Virus record (IMG/VR): IMGVR_UViG_3300042484_002041
Coordinates: 32,001 to 96,000 of that record
Length of the DNA: 64,000 nucleotides
Direction: 5' to 3' (one strand)
Origin: a virus
Shown here piece by piece: positions 59,201-64,000 of this stretch. The translations under genes were made by a program, and so were the position numbers. The notes beneath the pieces were generated by a model. That model was not told where the DNA came from. It searched no databases and worked only from the letters and a program-made list of their open reading frames with translations. The stretch's first letter is position 1; each line of letters starts with the position of its first letter.

Positions 59201-60311
59201 GATTCGTATAGATGAGATTTACAATAATACTTTTTGGCCATTCTTAAAGAAGAACGCACCACAAACAAGAATGTTCTTTTGCGATCCACCCGGTCGCAGC
59301 GATCCCGAAAGCTTGTTTAATTTTGGAATTAATGATGTTGAATGCAATTATATACTATTCCACGATCAAGAACCAATACATATGGACATCCATTGCGCTC
59401 TATTTGATGATGTAGTACGGCGAAATGATGATATTGATAATCAACAACCAATTAAAAATCGAGCCGTAGTCACAAGCGAATACAATAGCGAATTTGTTGA
59501 ACAAGTATGTAGTCAATATAATTGGCAGCACTACTATTACTTCTATCACGGGTGGGCAGCACTGGATTGGTATCGCGGCTATCATCGTACCTGGCTCATT
59601 ACACCTCCCGAACAACGCAAAATAACTAGAAGCTTTATTGCCCCTAATCGTATTGTGGGGGGCAAGCGCGATCACCGTGTATTACTGCTGTATCACATGT
59701 TCCGCAATCAAGTTAGTAATGCCTGGATCAGTTGCCCAAGGGTGTGCCCTGCCGAAAATGTCGCCATTGATCAAATAGCTGCAAAATTTAGTACACGTTA
59801 TCCTGATATCGGTGCAGTATTCAAACAAGCACCAATCCCCATGAACTTTCCTGGTGAGACTGATCACCCCATGCATAGCTGCTGGTTAAGCTTGTTTGAC
59901 GAAAGTGCAGAAAGTCTTGCTTATGTAGTAACAGAAACTGTGTTCCAGGGACGCAGACAGCACTTGACTGAAAAGACTTTTAAGCCCATATGCTTGCAAA
60001 TGCCATTTGTTTTGGCCGGCGCTGCAGGCAGTCTTGAGTACTTGCGTAGTTATGGATTCCGTACATTCAGTGGCATATGGGACGAGAGTTACGATACGGA
60101 AACGGACGACTTTGTTCGCCTGGAAAAAATAGGACAGTTGCTTAAAGACCTAGACAACATGAGCCAACGCGAGCTCAACCAATTGTATCAAGCTGCGCGA
60201 CCTGCTGTAGAACATAACTATAAACATTTCTATGGGGGCACGTTTGAAGCCCTGTTATGGAACGAGTTGCAACAAATGTTAACACAAATTAAAAATGATT
60301 TTCGAGTTTGA
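59199..60311 (+). CDS. glycosyltransferase-like protein (ET...TEKTFKP family)
   Basis: VVTETVF...LTEKTFKPI...PF...GFRTF..IWDESYD. Confidence 0.6.
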   Translation: MIRIDEIYNNTFWPFLKKNAPQTRMFFCDPPGRSDPESLFNFGINDVECNYILFHDQEPIHMDIHCALFDDVVRRNDDIDNQQPIKNRAVVTSEYNSEFVEQVCSQYNWQHYYYFYHGWAALDWYRGYHRTWLITPPEQRKITRSFIAPNRIVGGKRDHRVLLLYHMFRNQVSNAWISCPRVCPAENVAIDQIAAKFSTRYPDIGAVFKQAPIPMNFPGETDHPMHSCWLSLFDESAESLAYVVTETVFQGRRQHLTEKTFKPICLQMPFVLAGAAGSLEYLRSYGFRTFSGIWDESYDTETDDFVRLEKIGQLLKDLDNMSQRELNQLYQAARPAVEHNYKHFYGGTFEALLWNELQQMLTQIKNDFRV

Positions 60312-61458
60312 TCAATACGTTCAAGGCCGTCCGTGCCCTAACTTGGCACGACATCAAGCTGTGCCTTACACTCCCGGGTGGAGACAGTTTAACGGACACT
60401 GGCCCTGGGTACAACCTGCAATACTACCTGACTACTTGCAGCATGAGGGAGTTGATACTACACAAGGTGCCCGCTATTATGTTGTGGCATTAAGTTGGTT
60501 TGACTTTGGGATACAGTGGTTCAACTTGATCCCTGCAGAGAGAATTAAACAAATGCAGCAAGGGCAGCTAAAGCTGCTGTTCTATTACAACGAAGGCGAC
60601 AATCCCAAGCGACTTCGCGACCATTTACTAGCGCAGTGTAGGAGCGCAGGAGTAGCCGAGGATCAGTTAATAATCATTAGTGGCAACTCTGCTGCTGACC
60701 TGTTACCTAACTCAGCCTGGTTCCCTGATCATGAATTATTATATGCAAAAAGAAATCGACGTGTAGAGCCTATTGCTTATCACGAGCAGCCCCGCAGTAA
60801 ACTGTTTACTGCACTGGTAAGGACACACAAGTTTTGGCGTGCAACCACCATGGCCGAACTATGGAGGCGGGGGTGGCATCAACATGCCTACTTCTCTTAT
60901 AACACACGCTTGGCAGTAGAGGAGACTCCGTCTGACAATCCCATTGAGATCCATAAATTTGACGGACTCAATGTCAGTATGTTTGACTTCTTGCGCTACC
61001 AATTCAAAGCTGATACCCTGACGTCTGATCAACATAATGATCATCATTTAATTGTAGCCGAGCACCATAATGACAGTTACTTGAACGTGGTACTCGAAAC
61101 ACACATGGATGCAGATCAAAGTAATGGCGTATTCTTAACAGAAAAGACATTCAAGCCCATTAAACATGCGCAGCCATTTGTTATTTTTGGAGCAGCACAT
61201 AGCCTTGCACGGCTGCGGGACATGGGGTACCGAACATTCGACCACGTGTTAGACAATAGATACGACAGTATAGAAAACACCACAGATAGGTGGCAATGCT
61301 TGGTCACTATGTTGCACACAATGTTCGGGGGTGGTGTGCCGCACATGCATCAGTTATATTGTGCGTGCCGAGATGATATGCTGCACAATCAACAGCATTT
61401 TTTAGCCTCGCGCAGGGACCGCTTAAATAATCTACTTAGGAAAATCAATTGCGAGTAA
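60295..61458 (+). CDS. glycosyltransferase-like protein (ET...TEKTFKP family)
   Basis: VVLET...LTEKTFKPI..QPF...GYRTFDH. Confidence 0.6.
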   Translation: MIFEFDQYVQGRPCPNLARHQAVPYTPGWRQFNGHWPWVQPAILPDYLQHEGVDTTQGARYYVVALSWFDFGIQWFNLIPAERIKQMQQGQLKLLFYYNEGDNPKRLRDHLLAQCRSAGVAEDQLIIISGNSAADLLPNSAWFPDHELLYAKRNRRVEPIAYHEQPRSKLFTALVRTHKFWRATTMAELWRRGWHQHAYFSYNTRLAVEETPSDNPIEIHKFDGLNVSMFDFLRYQFKADTLTSDQHNDHHLIVAEHHNDSYLNVVLETHMDADQSNGVFLTEKTFKPIKHAQPFVIFGAAHSLARLRDMGYRTFDHVLDNRYDSIENTTDRWQCLVTMLHTMFGGGVPHMHQLYCACRDDMLHNQQHFLASRRDRLNNLLRKINCE

Positions 61459-62471
61459 ACTCATACACCAGCTGGCAACCGCTTGAAGAAGTTATTGTGG
61501 GACGAACCTACACCACGGACTACTTTGACTTTATCGATAATGCGCAAGTACGTGGCCAACTACAGCAAATTCTTTTTGAAACACAAGAAGATCTTAGCAA
61601 CTTGGCACGTACCATTGAATTGTTTGGGGCTAAAGTTCAACGTCCAGACTTGCCCGATAAGAAAGATTTTGAGCAGTGGCAAATTCAAGGTCAAGGTGCA
61701 CCACTTCCTCCTCTTACTCCAAGAGACTGGCAAATTACCCTAGGTAACAAGCTGTTACGGGTGTTGCCCATGCCTGAACTGGATCGTATTTGTTCCGAGT
61801 ATGGAGATTCTGTACTTAATCCGCACGGAGACAATTGGGATCCTGACTGCATCTTAAATGGTGCCAGTGCCAGTTGCATTGTACGGGTAGGCCGGGATGT
61901 GTTCTTTGATAATTCAGACTTCTTGCGCCCTGATCAAAGCGCCTGGATCCAGGACAATTGTTTAGATTCCAACTATCGCATCCACGAGGCTGTCACCGAC
62001 GGGCACGGCGATGCTGTGTTTGCTATCCTCAAGCCCGGTGTTATCCTGAGTAGCAAACACGATGTCAATCTCAACTTGGCAAAGGACTTTCCTGGATGGG
62101 ATGTTTGCAAGATTTGGGACAGTAGTATCTGGGCAGCAATGGAAGTAGGCAAGTTCAAGTACGAGCAAAGTCCTGGCGCTTGGTATGTGCAAGGACAAAC
62201 CCCTACTCCTGCATTTACAGAGTTTGTTAATACTTACTTGACCAAGTGGACTGGCTTTGTTGCCGAGACTGTGTTTGATGTCAACTGCTTGGTACTAGAC
62301 GAGTCGCACGTGATCTTTAGTGCATACAATAAAGAAGTGTTTACGTTTTGTCACAAACACGGCATTGAGCCTATTATCAGTGAGCTACGGCATAGTTACT
62401 TTTGGGACGGCGGCATTAGCTGCTGCACACAAGACATTCGGCGCTGCGGCGGGTTAGAAACATACTTGTGA
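61449..62471 (+). CDS. amidinotransferase (glycine/inosamine-phosphate amidinotransferase family)
   Basis: VNSYTSWQPLEEVIVG, PRD, HGDA, GGISCCT catalytic Cys. Confidence 0.8.
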   Translation: MRVNSYTSWQPLEEVIVGRTYTTDYFDFIDNAQVRGQLQQILFETQEDLSNLARTIELFGAKVQRPDLPDKKDFEQWQIQGQGAPLPPLTPRDWQITLGNKLLRVLPMPELDRICSEYGDSVLNPHGDNWDPDCILNGASASCIVRVGRDVFFDNSDFLRPDQSAWIQDNCLDSNYRIHEAVTDGHGDAVFAILKPGVILSSKHDVNLNLAKDFPGWDVCKIWDSSIWAAMEVGKFKYEQSPGAWYVQGQTPTPAFTEFVNTYLTKWTGFVAETVFDVNCLVLDESHVIFSAYNKEVFTFCHKHGIEPIISELRHSYFWDGGISCCTQDIRRCGGLETYL

Positions 62472-63760
62472 ATGACCTTGACAACATCTATAAAGAACTA
62501 GGCAAAGACATATGTTTAATGCCTTTCCTGGCGGCCTTCTATCAAACACATAATGTAGCGCAAGTACAAGACGGCGAACTACCAAATTCTGTTCGCCCGT
62601 GTAGTTTAATCACAAAAGATACACCTAGAAGATGGGCAATTACCAATCAAAGTGTGTATGAGGCCAGAAATTCGCCTGCCTGGAGAGAGATTCGGGAACA
62701 GTTTGTCCAAGGCCAATTTAAATCAATAGATGATTGTAGCATTTGTATTCATAATGAATTAGTAAACGGTACTAGTCCCAGAAAGGAAAGCAATCGAGCG
62801 TTAGCACATCAACTAGATATCAACATTGTTGATACTGTAAAACAAATCATTGCAGACGATTACTATGCTCACAATATCTATGCACTAGATTACTATCCTA
62901 GCAACTATTGTAATCTAGAATGCGTAATGTGCGGCAGTGGCTCCAGTAGTCGTAGACAAGTGTTTGAGGTTAAATTTTTAAATCAACCAAGCCGGATTAC
63001 ATTTAACGAGGCTGATCCAGACTTCCTGGACGCATTACATAGAGTACAAGTAATAAACTTTGCCGGTGGCGAAACAATGATGCAACCACAATTTCACAAA
63101 GTGCTGGATTACCAGATTGATAATGATCTAGCCCATAATGTTATTGTTGGCTTCTTGACCAATGCCACTAGCAATACTAGCAAAGTTGATAGTAAATTTC
63201 AACACTTCCGTCAAGTTGTGTGTAGTGTGAGTATAGACGGAGTCGGAGAAGTAATTGAATATCAGCGCCGCGGCTGCAACTGGGCTGAAGTATCAGAGAA
63301 TGCACTTACGCTAATGCATCATACTGATGTCGGTGCTGTGGTTAACTATGTGCTTACCAATATAAATGTATTCAGCTTTATGGACTTTGTTGACTGGTGT
63401 TACACTAACGACTATGGTCCCAAGTATAAAGAAGAGCAACGGAACTTTATCACGATCACACCTGTGTTCAGGGCCGATCATTTAAGCGTCACAGCACTGC
63501 CCCCGGAGTTAAAACACACAGCACTGAGTAGATTACATGCCGGGTTGGTCCGTTATCGTGCGATCAACACTGTGATGTCCAGGTACTACAGTCGTATAAT
63601 CCTGCAGGCAATTGATATTGTGACAGCTGCCAAGCATGATGAATCACACTTGATGCAGTTTGTTCAGTTAATTCAAAAAGAAAATCTTGCAAGTGCCCGG
63701 TCTTTACAGCAAGTGGTGCCTGAATGGGCACCATACTTACAGCCTAACTACAAACCTTAA
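62468..63760 (+). CDS. radical SAM protein (twitch/SPASM-like)
   Basis: CNLECVMC..SSS, FAGGE, SIDGVG. Confidence 0.8.
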   Translation: MNDLDNIYKELGKDICLMPFLAAFYQTHNVAQVQDGELPNSVRPCSLITKDTPRRWAITNQSVYEARNSPAWREIREQFVQGQFKSIDDCSICIHNELVNGTSPRKESNRALAHQLDINIVDTVKQIIADDYYAHNIYALDYYPSNYCNLECVMCGSGSSSRRQVFEVKFLNQPSRITFNEADPDFLDALHRVQVINFAGGETMMQPQFHKVLDYQIDNDLAHNVIVGFLTNATSNTSKVDSKFQHFRQVVCSVSIDGVGEVIEYQRRGCNWAEVSENALTLMHHTDVGAVVNYVLTNINVFSFMDFVDWCYTNDYGPKYKEEQRNFITITPVFRADHLSVTALPPELKHTALSRLHAGLVRYRAINTVMSRYYSRIILQAIDIVTAAKHDESHLMQFVQLIQKENLASARSLQQVVPEWAPYLQPNYKP

Positions 63761-64000
63761 CACCGTACTGTTGTTCAAAACGGTCTGCATCAGCGCGATC
63801 ATTAACAATCGGCTCGCCCCTAATGTTAAGGCTAGTGTTAAGCAGCATGGGGCAGCCTGTAAGCATGTGCCAGTCTTCAAGTAGTTGTCTAATCCCGGAA
63901 CCATCCGCAGGCACAGTTTGCACCCGTGCAGTGTTGTCCACATGGCAAATGGCCGGGAACTGCTCCGGATGTCGACATGGGGCAACAATCTGCATGTAGT
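63744..64000 (-). CDS. carbamoyltransferase (NodU/CmcH) C-terminal part, truncated by the window
   Basis: HVDNTARVQTV...TGCPMLLNTSLNIRGEPIV. Confidence 0.85.
   Translation of the reverse strand, partial: YMQIVAPCRHPEQFPAICHVDNTARVQTVPADGSGIRQLLEDWHMLTGCPMLLNTSLNIRGEPIVNDRADADRFEQQYGVKVCS

Overview
64 kb of a large (jumbo-type) tailed-phage genome. It is dense, mostly on the + strand, reads in the standard genetic code, and has no rRNA or cellular housekeeping operons. The host is probably proteobacterial, possibly betaproteobacterial (inferred from the style of PstS, KdsA, RpoZ, the DUF3563-like peptides and the tmRNA). Content: (i) nucleotide and queuosine genes (MazG-like, queE, yhhQ-like, thyX, T4-type RNase H); (ii) about 21 near-consensus sigma70 promoters driving small early-type genes, plus a TAAATA late-type motif; (iii) a 27-tRNA array (18.65-26.15 kb) covering all 20 amino acids, one outlying tRNA and a circularly permuted tmRNA; (iv) 13 modular 'MNERI..KFAELIVREC..HFGVEE' paralogues; (v) pstS with a Pho box; (vi) an AAA ATPase plus vWA/metallopeptidase pair; (vii) many AT-rich SGNH-like, GT-like and radical-SAM genes and a sugar-modification cluster (epimerase, DegT aminotransferase, amidinotransferase, carbamoyltransferase). 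The best candidate for a new system lies directly upstream of the tRNA array: a promoter, an unannotated 41-codon leader ORF (18080-18205) containing all 20 amino acids (19 within the first 29 codons), and mutually exclusive antiterminator/terminator hairpins. This looks like a 'pan-amino-acid' translational attenuator that would raise phage tRNA supply when any host tRNA fails. The array also carries rrn-like boxA sites and a family of conserved long stems enclosing unrelated structured RNAs, one of which is the tmRNA intervening segment. All calls were made by eye from motifs; no database searches or folding programs were run.
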